The position numbers were made by a program, and so were the translations under genes. Below, piece by piece: positions 8,210 to 16,177 of a DNA stretch of 26,455 bases. The notes below the pieces were generated by a model. The model did no database searches and was not told where the DNA came from. It worked only from the letters and a program-made list of their open reading frames with translations. Origin of the DNA: a virus. Each line of letters begins with the position of its first letter. The first letter of the stretch is position 1. The DNA lies in UHGV virus genome UHGV-0075053; one strand, given 5' to 3'.

Positions 8210-9403
8210 TTATAACCCGTTTTTGCAATACACAGTGCAATACACAAATGATGAAAACAGCCAGAACCTTCCAGAAAAAACAAAAACGACGAACAAGAAA
8301 AAATCTTTTTCTTTCATTTGGTTACTAAAAAAATCAGGACAGGTCGCACTGTTGTTACGGCGTGATGTTACTTTCTTGGTAAAAAAATTCACCCGCGCAG
8401 AGACCTGCTCCTTCGCTTTTTTCGCCAGACGACGCAGATCATCCCAGCGTTTACAGATGCCCAGGCCAGGATTCGCTTTCTGCCAGACCGTTTCATCAAA
8501 CGGATCATCTCCCTCATCAAGCGTGTAAATGATCGCAAAGTAAGAGTCGTCTTTTACAGCGCCCTCCACGTCGCTGTTATAGCCTCGCAATACCTTGATG
8601 GCGTAATCACGCTGCTCGTAACAAATCCCTTCCTTGTTAAAGCCAGCCGTGGTGATACCAAATAACAGGGACTGCAGACGGGCACCGGTTGCCGTTTCCA
8701 GAACGTCCCACACGTCGCGGGTTTTATGTGCATGCAGCTCATCAATAATGGCGCAGTGGATGTTCAGACCGTCCAGGTTGTTTGCATCCGAGGAAAGCGG
8801 TTCAAATTTTGATGCGCTCTGCTCCTGGTAAATCGCCAGCTTGTTGAAATCAAACAACCGCCCGAGTGTCGACCGGGCTTTTCTGACCATATTTTTGGCG
8901 TCTTCAAACACGATTCTGGCCTGGTCAAGCGTGGTTGCGGCTGAATACACCTCAGCTCCGCCTTCACTATCTGCCCCCGTCATATACAGACCGATACCCG
9001 ATGACAGGGTTGATTTTGCGTTTTTACGGGCAACTTCGTTGTATGCTGTCCGGAACCGGCGCACCATCACCGGGCGTCCACTGCCATCGCTGCGCATGAC
9101 AACTTCCCCGGTTTCTTCATTCACCAGCGGAATGACAAAACCAAAAATATTAATGAGGATAAACACATGCCAGTCCATCAACTCAATGGGCTGACCTGCC
9201 AGCGCCCCTTTCACATGGGGTACAAATTTGTAGAAATTAAGGATGTGCTGTGCACGAGGTTCACTGAAATAAATCCCCCGCTCTTCGCCGTACTTCAGAT
9301 CATCAAGAAAACGCTGGCAGGCCAGACGGACAAATTCGCCAGCAACAATTTCTCCTGCAACAACACGTTCGGCGTAGCGGATCCCGTCAGCCACTTTTGC
9401 CAT
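8210..9403 (-). pseudogene. terminase large subunit, N-terminal ATPase portion only (C-terminally truncated)
   Basis: N-terminal ~340 aa look terminase-like; the last ~55 aa (about 8210-8400) are low-complexity read-through; full-length TerL would be far longer; ends next to the integrase gene. Confidence 0.7.
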
Positions 9404-9885
9404 CAGTCTCTCGCTTTTAAAAGCTCTGCCAGCGGATCAACATCATCCGGTCCGGCGGTATTTACTTTCGCCCGGCTTGCCGGTGACATACCAAACTCTG
9501 CAAGCATCGCCCGAATCCGCTTCCAGGCATCAGCCTTCATCGCAGCAGCCGGGTGTGCCTTGATCAGCACATCGCCATTCTGCGTTTTCGTGCGGTAGGT
9601 ATAACCCTCAACATCGAGTATTTCGCAGTGATGCCGGTATTCGGTGTAGGCTTCCACCAGTAACTCGAGCGCACGTGCATCGAGCTGAGAAATGATCCCT
9701 TCCGCATTCAGCTCTTCCGCCATTCGCCTGAACCAGTACTTCCCCTGCGCCCCTAAATGTTGCGGAATTTTAGGGAGACCTTTTTCATCCTTTTTAGCGG
9801 TTTTTTTGAGGTCTTTAACTGGCCGCTTTGAGGGGTTGCCTCGTATCAAATGCAGGCGTGGCGGGATTTTCGGGGGTCCAGACAT
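9403..9885 (-). CDS. terminase small subunit (phage P27-family-like)
   Basis: 160 aa, position immediately upstream of and overlapping terL by 1 nt; basic N-terminus; family assigned from memory. Confidence 0.65.
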   Translation of the reverse strand: MSGPPKIPPRLHLIRGNPSKRPVKDLKKTAKKDEKGLPKIPQHLGAQGKYWFRRMAEELNAEGIISQLDARALELLVEAYTEYRHHCEILDVEGYTYRTKTQNGDVLIKAHPAAAMKADAWKRIRAMLAEFGMSPASRAKVNTAGPDDVDPLAELLKARD

Positions 9886-10032
9886 AATCGGTTTTACCTA
9901 TCAATCATTTAATCACATTCCAAAAAAAAGTTTTCGAACCTGCGGCGATGCGAGGAAAGGTCAGGCGGCGGTACTGAGCAGCCAGGGTTGCAGAGATTTG
10001 ACCTGCCCCTCCCCTACAGATGGGAACTGTTA

Positions 10033-10383
10033 TCAATTGATGCGTTCGCGCGCTGTTTTTGCTTTATGACAGGGCCAGCACAGACTCTGCAGGTTACTGT
10101 CTGCATCCGTGCCACCATGAGCTTTCGGAATGATGTGGTCCACAGTTCTGGCTTCAACGGCTCTCCCATTGCGCAGGCAGTTCTGACACAGATGATTATC
10201 ACGCTTCAGTATGCGCGCACGTATGGCATCCCATTTCGAGCCATAGCCACGCTGGTGGCGGCTCAGTCCGCGTTGATGCTGTACCCATCCTTCGCCACGA
10301 TGTTTATCGCAGTAACCAGAACTGTCTGTGGTTGTACCTGCACATCCACGCTTACGGCAGGCGCGTGGGATTCGTGGGGGCAT
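10033..10383 (-). CDS. phage HNH endonuclease
   Basis: CRKRGCAG...YCDKH...DHIIPKAHGGTDADSNLQSLCWPCHKAKT is a classic HNH motif; start set to ATG 10383 (MPPRIPRACRKRGC). Confidence 0.8.
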   Translation of the reverse strand: MPPRIPRACRKRGCAGTTTDSSGYCDKHRGEGWVQHQRGLSRHQRGYGSKWDAIRARILKRDNHLCQNCLRNGRAVEARTVDHIIPKAHGGTDADSNLQSLCWPCHKAKTARERIN

Positions 10384-10605
10384 ATGTACTCCAATGAAGA
10401 AGCCACCGACATAGCCTCCTCCATTCATAGTGAAACTATTTTCATCTACCCAGTAATGAATTCTTTGTAGAGTTGTGATCAATACAACTCACTAATGGAG
10501 AGGCTTGTCCAACACGTTGGACAAGTTTCCTGTTTGATTTACTGGACACTATAGAAGGACAGAATGCCTTCATCACTCGAATAACATCAATTAAGGAGGT
10601 TCAAC

Positions 10606-10728
10606 ATGTTTCATTCCACAAATCATCAGGCTGTAATTATGGCTGCATCAGCTTGTGCCACAGACCTTTTCCGCTTCACTTTGAGCCTGATTCATTTCTA
10701 CCTGACCGGCTCGCCTCTATCTTTTTAA
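10606..10728 (+). CDS. unannotated small ORF (40 aa) with a near-consensus Shine-Dalgarno
   Basis: TAAGGAGGT 6 nt upstream of ATG 10606; encodes MFHSTNHQAVIMAASACATDLFRFTLSLIHFYLTGSPLSF; below the 60-aa cut-off of the ORF track. Confidence 0.4.
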   Translation: MFHSTNHQAVIMAASACATDLFRFTLSLIHFYLTGSPLSF

Positions 10729-10908
10729 TCCCCGCTTTATCCAAATTGCATTGCCAGAATGCCGACAACAGACTGACATTCAAATCCTGACTACCTCCAA
10801 TAGGCTGAGCATCCACCTATATAGTTTTAATTTTCATCAATCCATTTAACTATCGTTTAATTGTTGTCACATAGGATTCTGCCATTTTTAACAATGCAGG
10901 ATAATAAG

Positions 10909-11202
10909 ATGAAAAAAATGTTGTTTTCTGCCGCTCTGGCAATGCTTATTACAGGATGTGCTCAACAGACGTTTACTGTTGGAAACAAACCGACAGCAGT
11001 AACACCAAAGGAAACCATCACCCATCATTTCTTCGTTTCGGGAATTGGACAGGAGAAAACTGTTGATGCAGCCAAAATTTGTGGCGGCGCAGAAAATGTT
11101 GTTAAAACAGAAACCCAGCAAACATTCGTAAATGGATTTCTCGGTTTTATTACTTTAGGCATTTATACTCCACTGGAAGCGCGTGTGTATTGCTCACAAT
11201 AA
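10909..11202 (+). CDS. bor: Bor/Iss-family outer-membrane lipoprotein
   Basis: MKKMLFSAALAMLITGCAQQTFTVGNKPTAV... matches lambda Bor essentially throughout (from memory); lipobox LITGC; opposite strand to the lysis genes as in lambda. Confidence 0.9.
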   Translation: MKKMLFSAALAMLITGCAQQTFTVGNKPTAVTPKETITHHFFVSGIGQEKTVDAAKICGGAENVVKTETQQTFVNGFLGFITLGIYTPLEARVYCSQ

Positions 11203-11233
11203 TTGCATGAGTTGCCCATCGATATGGGCAGCT

Positions 11234-11710
11234 CTATCTGCACTGCTCATTAATATACTTCTGGGTTCCTTCCAGTTGTTTTTGCATAGTGATCAGCCTC
11301 TCTCTGAGGGTGAAATAATCCCGTTCAGCGGTGTCTGCCAGTCGGGGGCTGGTTGCATTATCCACGCCGGAGGCGGTGGTGGCTTCACGCACTGACTGAC
11401 AGACTGCTTTGATGTGCAACCGACGACGACCAGCGGCAACATCAGCGCGCAGAGTTTCATTTTCAGCTTTCGCATTGGCTAATTCTCTCGAGTACTTTGC
11501 ATCGAGTGCAGCAACATCACGCTGACGCTGCTGCATGTCAGCGATGGTGGCGATCGCCTGCTTCAGCTCACTGACTTTTTTATCACGCTGTTCTTTGTAG
11601 GCGATGGCGTTATCACGGTAATGATTGACCGCCCACGACAGGCAGACGATGATGCAGATAACCAAAGCATAAATAATCGCGGCGACTCTGCTCACTGCTC
11701 TATCCCCCAA
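11234..11710 (-). CDS. Rz: i-spanin Rz
   Basis: Near-identical to lambda Rz over most of its length ([21 protein letters not shown]...[13 protein letters not shown]). Confidence 0.9.
   Translation of the reverse strand: MGDRAVSRVAAIIYALVICIIVCLSWAVNHYRDNAIAYKEQRDKKVSELKQAIATIADMQQRQRDVAALDAKYSRELANAKAENETLRADVAAGRRRLHIKAVCQSVREATTASGVDNATSPRLADTAERDYFTLRERLITMQKQLEGTQKYINEQCR
11293..11475 (-). CDS. Rz1: o-spanin Rz1 (embedded in Rz in the +1 frame)
   Basis: [42 protein letters not shown]... matches lambda Rz1; lipobox VVGC and proline-rich region. Confidence 0.85.
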   Translation of the reverse strand: MRKLKMKLCALMLPLVVVGCTSKQSVSQCVKPPPPPAWIMQPAPDWQTPLNGIISPSERG

Positions 11711-12225
11711 CAGGCTAATGCGCTTTCCTGGTCACGACGAATAACCTGTCCATAGCAGTTATTTGAACGTATGCGGCAATCGCGCCCACCATCTTTTATC
11801 CACCAGCGAATCGCCTCGCATGCGCCCTTACGATCACCGGCATTCAGCCGCTTATAAAACGTCGACGGGAAACACTTACCGGGGCCAATGTTATAGGGAC
11901 AAAATGACGCGATACCCGCTTTTTGTGGTTCGGTCAGTGGTACTTTAATATTGCGCTCCACCCATGCCAGCGCCTTATCACGCTCAATGGCGTTGACCTG
12001 GTCGCATTTTTCCTTCGACAGTTTCATACCGGGAAAAACGGGTTTTCCATCCACCATCGTGGCACCCCGACAGATGGTCCAGATGCCGGACCCATCGCGG
12101 TATGCCGTTGTGTGGTTACCTTCTTTTTCATCCAGAAACTGGTCGAGAATATCAGGCGCGGGCGCACCGACGGCAATCAGTGCCAGAACGGCAGCCGACA
12201 GGCCGTATCTGATTTTTGCGTTCAT
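11692..12225 (-). CDS. phage lysozyme, SAR-endolysin type
   Basis: N-terminal hydrophobic signal-anchor ([14 protein letters not shown]) followed by a lysozyme-like domain; position between holin and Rz. Confidence 0.8.
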   Translation of the reverse strand: MNAKIRYGLSAAVLALIAVGAPAPDILDQFLDEKEGNHTTAYRDGSGIWTICRGATMVDGKPVFPGMKLSKEKCDQVNAIERDKALAWVERNIKVPLTEPQKAGIASFCPYNIGPGKCFPSTFYKRLNAGDRKGACEAIRWWIKDGGRDCRIRSNNCYGQVIRRDQESALACWGIEQ

Positions 12226-12288
12226 GGATATTTATCAGGATTTATCGGTTTCTGCCCACGGACAGGTTTATCTGTTCCGGTCAGTGAC

Positions 12289-12639
12289 TTAAGGTTGTGA
12301 TTCCGGAGGAGTCTTCAGAGAACCAGTAATTCTTCCCGGTAGCTTTCCTTTGTAGGTTATCCATACATTCTGCGCCTCTAAAATTACGGGGCGCTTTTCC
12401 GGCGACTGCTCATCCCCTTCACATAACCCGGCAGCAACATCCAGGAAGACCTGTCTGATGCTCCTTCTGGCTGCTGCCTCATAAAACTCCAGCGCGGCAC
12501 CTTCAACACGGTCCAGCGAGATGTCCAGGTCAAAAATTTCACCGTCAAAGCGTTTTTTGTCCCGTAACGCTAAAGTTACCGTAACTTTATTCTCAAAATT
12601 GCGGATCCCTTTCACAATCAGTTCATAGTTTTGAGTCAT
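12289..12639 (-). CDS. DUF1327-family protein (YdfR-like)
   Basis: Position between holin and endolysin, as for ydfR in Qin; family assignment from memory. Confidence 0.55.
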   Translation of the reverse strand: MTQNYELIVKGIRNFENKVTVTLALRDKKRFDGEIFDLDISLDRVEGAALEFYEAAARRSIRQVFLDVAAGLCEGDEQSPEKRPVILEAQNVWITYKGKLPGRITGSLKTPPESQP

Positions 12640-12643
12640 TGAA

Positions 12644-12859
12644 TTACTCTCCCCGTGCAGCCTTACGCTTGTCTTCTCTGATTTTGAAGTACAGATTTGT
12701 CAGATAAGTCAGGAAGCCCAGAACCAGACTCCCAAGTACACCAATCGCAGCCCACTGTGACGGACTGACCTGATCAAGCCACTGTAAAAACCAGTAGCCA
12801 GCACTGCCTGCGGAGGTGCCGTAGGCAATGCCCGTTGAAATTTTGTCCATGGATTTCAT
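12644..12859 (-). CDS. class II holin, phage 21 S-type, with MKSM dual-start motif
   Basis: [71 protein letters not shown] is near-identical to S21 (from memory); dual starts M1 and M4. Confidence 0.9.
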   Translation of the reverse strand: MKSMDKISTGIAYGTSAGSAGYWFLQWLDQVSPSQWAAIGVLGSLVLGFLTYLTNLYFKIREDKRKAARGE

Positions 12860-12920
12860 AGCCTCACCTCCGCAAATAACGGATGGCGTAGTTTTACACT
12901 GAGAAATGAAAGGGATTTGA

Positions 12921-12942
12921 AAAGAAAAAACCGCAAAAGCGG
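12921..12942 (-). terminator. weak rho-independent terminator-like hairpin (minus strand)
   Basis: CCGC-tetraloop-GCGG followed by a T-run on the minus strand; only a 4-bp stem. Confidence 0.3.
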
Positions 12943-13019
12943 GCGAAACGATATATACAGAAAGGAAAGCACTCTATCCAACAAACCACCCACAGTTGAT
13001 CGGAATAAAAGCAGAGTGC

Positions 13020-13092
13020 TTATGAATGATCGCCTGCCCGAAGGTTAGTATTTCTGCACAGCAATTTTGCAAAAAAAGGCGATCATTCATAA
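13020..13092. repeat. 16-bp perfect inverted repeat with 41-nt spacer
   Basis: TTATGAATGATCGCCT (13020-13035) and AGGCGATCATTCATAA (13077-13092); adjacent 8-bp inverted repeat AGCACTCT/AGAGTGCT at 12969-13020. Confidence 0.6.
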
Positions 13093-13151
13093 CTTAAACG
13101 TCTTTCAGTCACTCCGGGATTTCCCATCATCGCAGACTGAAAGACTCTGAC

Positions 13152-13226
<75 letters not shown>

Positions 13227-13342
13227 ATCCTGGAACTCGGCTACCTGATTTTCATTCTGCACTGAATATCGAGAGAAGCTCTCTTTATTCGAGCCGGTAA
13301 GCGAACTTATCGTCTCGGGCTACGCCATCGCGTGGCCGAAAT

Positions 13343-13427
<85 letters not shown>

Positions 13428-13435
13428 GGACTTGA

Positions 13436-13511
<76 letters not shown>

Positions 13512-13513
13512 AC

Positions 13514-13590
13514 TGGACCGCCACCGGGGACTCGAACCTCGCACACTCAACTTAAAGGGTTGACGCTCTTTCCTGATGAGCTAGTGGCGG
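13514..13590 (-). tRNA. atypical tRNA-like gene, anticodon UUU (Lys-like) with unusual anticodon loop CCUUUAA
   Basis: Cloverleaf can be drawn: acceptor CCGCCAC/GTGGCGG, D-arm GCTC/GAGC, anticodon stem TCAAC/GTTGA, T-loop TTCGAGT, 3' CCA; but C at position 33 and an A-C mismatch in the T-stem are non-canonical. Confidence 0.45.
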
Positions 13591-13591
13591 T

Positions 13592-13667
13592 TGGTGGCCC
13601 TTGCTGGATTTGAACCAGCGACCTGGCGATTATGAGTCGCTCGCTCTCACCACTGAGCTAAAGGGCC
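13592..13667 (-). tRNA. tRNA with CAU anticodon, ileX/ileY-like (tRNA-Ile2 type; Met not excluded)
   Basis: Reverse complement GGCCCTTTAGCTCAGTGGTGAGAGCGAGCGACTCATAATCGCCAGGTCGCTGGTTCAAATCCAGCAAGGGCCACCA resembles E. coli ileX from memory. Confidence 0.7.
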
Positions 13668-13787
13668 GGGCGCAGGATAATAACGTTACGAAATCAATGT
13701 TGCAAGCATTCAAAAATCACCTGGTTAAAAATCACCCTTATCTCCTCCACCAGCGCATTCACCATGTCTATCCGAGATAAGTGACAC

Positions 13788-13811
13788 AAAAAAACCGCTT
13801 GATGCGGGTTT
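13788..13811 (-). terminator. rho-independent terminator upstream of the tRNA cluster (possible tR'-like)
   Basis: Hairpin CCGC-TTGAT-GCGGG flanked by a T-run on the minus strand (AAAAAAA on plus). Confidence 0.4.
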
Positions 13812-13931
13812 AAGTTGTGTGGCGAAGCGACCACTCTTAACAGATTAAGATAGTTTTTGCGTACGCGTTAGTGATTTTTTCATAATTATCTGTATCCTGT
13901 GGCTATTTCTCTTGCGCAAAGGATGCTTTTG

Positions 13932-14810
13932 ATGACGCAGCAACTCGAAAACATGCCAATAACAGAAATCGAAATTGCCTACGGTGGAGAGGCATACGCA
14001 GATAATCAGATCGACGCGAAAACATTAGGCGAAGCCTTAACCTCTCTTAGTGCCCTGATTGAACACGCCGAAAAAATAATTAATGGCGAAACAGCAGAGC
14101 CGAAAGTCAACATCAAGGCAACAAAAGAAGGTTCATTTACTTTGCTTGTTGCTGTGATGGGGAGCATAAAAACTATTAACGCCCTTGGCCTCGTTGCAGG
14201 TGGTGGAGTTGCCGCAGGTGGCGTACTCGGGATAATCGAATGGCTCAAAGGGCGTAAAATCAGCTCCATTGTCGTCGATGAACAAAAAGATACAGCAGAA
14301 ATCGAAGTGGATGGTGAGAAGGTTAAATGCAGTAACGACATTCAAAAATTAATAACCAGTCCAATCATCCGAAAAGAACTGGATAAATTAATCTATAAAC
14401 CCCTGCAGACTGAAAAACCATCCACGTTCTCAGTTTCACAGCAGAAGCATAAGGTAGTCAGGGTGACGCAAGCTGAAGCAGTAAGTTTTAAAACTGCAAA
14501 ATCCACCTTTGTCGAGAAAACGCACGTAACGACACGCCAAGCTAATGTACATTTTGCTAATGTTCGATTCAAGCAAGGCAAAAGCTGGGATATCATCCTG
14601 CCAAATGGCGAAGAAGTTAGCGCATCTATGAAAGATGAGGCTTTTCTTGAACGGGTTGAACACAACCAAGCAGCATTCTGTAAGGGTGATCTTTTTGTTG
14701 TAGAACTGACAGAAACAACAAAAGAAACAAATGGCGCGCTGTCTAAACCACGCTATAGTATTACTAAGGTTATACGCCACAGAGCGGCGGCAGATAGGAA
14801 ACTACTTTAA
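13932..14810 (+). CDS. hypothetical protein (292 aa) with central Gly-rich hydrophobic hairpin; first gene of a three-gene cassette
   Basis: ATG 13932 with AAAGGA RBS 8 nt upstream; candidate promoter TTGCGT-18-CATAAT at 13857-13886; hydrophobic segment FTLLVAVMGSIKTINALGLVAGGGVAAGGVLGIIEWL; no recognised catalytic motif. Confidence 0.6.
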   Translation: MTQQLENMPITEIEIAYGGEAYADNQIDAKTLGEALTSLSALIEHAEKIINGETAEPKVNIKATKEGSFTLLVAVMGSIKTINALGLVAGGGVAAGGVLGIIEWLKGRKISSIVVDEQKDTAEIEVDGEKVKCSNDIQKLITSPIIRKELDKLIYKPLQTEKPSTFSVSQQKHKVVRVTQAEAVSFKTAKSTFVEKTHVTTRQANVHFANVRFKQGKSWDIILPNGEEVSASMKDEAFLERVEHNQAAFCKGDLFVVELTETTKETNGALSKPRYSITKVIRHRAAADRKLL

Positions 14811-14813
14811 ATC

Positions 14814-15059
14814 ATGTCAATCCTAAGCATTATGCTTTACATCACTGTATTCATGGCTGTCGCAGCGACGGTCAGATATGCTGTGCTTAGGTTCTTGGTT
14901 TGGGTAAAGCCGAATGCGTATATTGAACTAACCTACACCGATCCTGAAGGCAGAACCGCTAAAAGGAAAGTCAGCGTTAGAAACGAAAATGACGCAGAAG
15001 AGTTGGCGCTACTGCTACGCGAACTCAAAACTCGCAACGAAGCAAGTGCAGGAAGGTGA
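14814..15059 (+). CDS. small membrane protein (81 aa, one N-terminal TM helix)
   Basis: Starts 4 nt after the upstream stop; N-terminal hydrophobic helix SILSIMLYITVFMAVAATV; charged C-terminal tail. Confidence 0.55.
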   Translation: MSILSIMLYITVFMAVAATVRYAVLRFLVWVKPNAYIELTYTDPEGRTAKRKVSVRNENDAEELALLLRELKTRNEASAGR

Positions 15060-15446
15060 ATGGCGAACACTAAATCCTACCTGGCAATGCAGGCATGGTT
15101 TACCACCCTTATCACTGCGGGATTGAATTTCCTTTTTGACTGGCTTCCTCAATTAGCCTTCTTCAAATCATTGGCGCCTGGAGCTGCTGTCGGCTTATCT
15201 CATGTGGTAATTCTTCTTATCGCTTACATAGGTTTGCCTACGCTTAATGATGTAAGAATGAAAAGGGAAATAAAAACGGCCAGAAAATTCATCACGAACT
15301 GCCTGGCCAACCCTAACCTAACACCAGACCAAATTGCGCACTACAACCAATGTCTTATCGATCTAGACAATAAGCTATTAAAAAACATAAATATTCGTAT
15401 TGATGCTTTATCTGACGCCGAATCGAAAGCTCAAGCAAACGAGTAG
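15060..15446 (+). CDS. small membrane protein (128 aa, two predicted TM helices)
   Basis: ATG immediately follows the upstream TGA; GGAAGG RBS; hydrophobic segments AWFTTLITAGLNFLFDWL and AAVGLSHVVILLIAYIGL. Confidence 0.55.
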   Translation: MANTKSYLAMQAWFTTLITAGLNFLFDWLPQLAFFKSLAPGAAVGLSHVVILLIAYIGLPTLNDVRMKREIKTARKFITNCLANPNLTPDQIAHYNQCLIDLDNKLLKNINIRIDALSDAESKAQANE

Positions 15447-15459
15447 TAACAGTCATAAC

Positions 15460-15819
15460 TTATGATAGAATCAAGCATATACATCCATCAATAAAGCCTA
15501 ATGCAGTTTGCAGCTCCTTTCTTATAGTTCCATCTGAGCACCTGCGTTTCTTCGCGATTGAGCGTAGAGAAACACCAATAACAAAGTGAGCTATGAGCAG
15601 CTCATATTCCTCTGGTTTATACTTTCGCAACCGAGCCACACAACCGTCTATCATGATGCCTTCATCATCATCACACTGGAGACGTGACTTTTTGCCATGT
15701 GGCAAAAGCCCCTTGAAGCCCGCTGCTATCGGTTGCCAATCGACACCGCTATTTTCTGCTGCAGCCCATGCCCCCCAGCGATCTAAAACCTCATACATAT
15801 CACGCCCCATTACCATCAC
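15460..15819 (-). CDS. late antiterminator Q (Qin QuuQ / phage 82 type); start probably an internal Met
   Basis: YEVLDRWGAWAA...WQPIAAGFKGLLP...SRLQCDDD resembles E. coli QuuD/QuuQ (from memory); directly downstream of rusA. Confidence 0.75.
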   Translation of the reverse strand: MMVMGRDMYEVLDRWGAWAAAENSGVDWQPIAAGFKGLLPHGKKSRLQCDDDEGIMIDGCVARLRKYKPEEYELLIAHFVIGVSLRSIAKKRRCSDGTIRKELQTALGFIDGCICLILS

Positions 15820-16177
15820 CTCTGATTTCGCAAATCTTCACGCCCAGTCGCCCACCAGGAACGAGCTGACCGCGCACAATATTGATTTCATCAAACTGCT
15901 CGTCGTCTATAAGTAGTCCGGCATGCGTCAGCGCATCCAGTGGTGCCTTCAGGATATTGTCCAGGTCACGACGGCGCTTATCCGGTGGCTCTGCAATAAT
16001 CTTTATCGCCAGCCTTCCGGACAGGTTTAATTTCAGCCGCTGCTGGCGAACAATTAGCGCCACATCACGGCGATAACGCTTTCCGGCCTCCGAGATGAAA
16101 TACGTATTGCCATGACGTCGCCAGTAGGTATTCACCGTCGGCGGGTAAGGCAAAACAAATTCTATGCGTTCAGTCAT
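15800..16177 (-). CDS. rusA: Holliday junction resolvase RusA
   Basis: PPDKRRRDLDNILKAPLDALTHAGLLIDDEQ matches the RusA catalytic core. Confidence 0.85.
   Translation of the reverse strand: MTERIEFVLPYPPTVNTYWRRHGNTYFISEAGKRYRRDVALIVRQQRLKLNLSGRLAIKIIAEPPDKRRRDLDNILKAPLDALTHAGLLIDDEQFDEINIVRGQLVPGGRLGVKICEIRGDGNGA

Larger units (their letters stand above)
835..8400. mobile_element. satellite-like integrative element (P4/PICI-style: int, alpA x2, bro-N, regulatory switch, small-gene operon, primase, iteron ori, ssb); boundaries approximate
   Basis: Gene content and order on the minus strand; integrase end abuts a truncated terminase gene; att sites not identified. Confidence 0.5.

Noticed and set aside
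9988-10470. 160-aa plus-strand ORF
   Set aside because: Antisense to the HNH endonuclease gene, which has a clear catalytic motif
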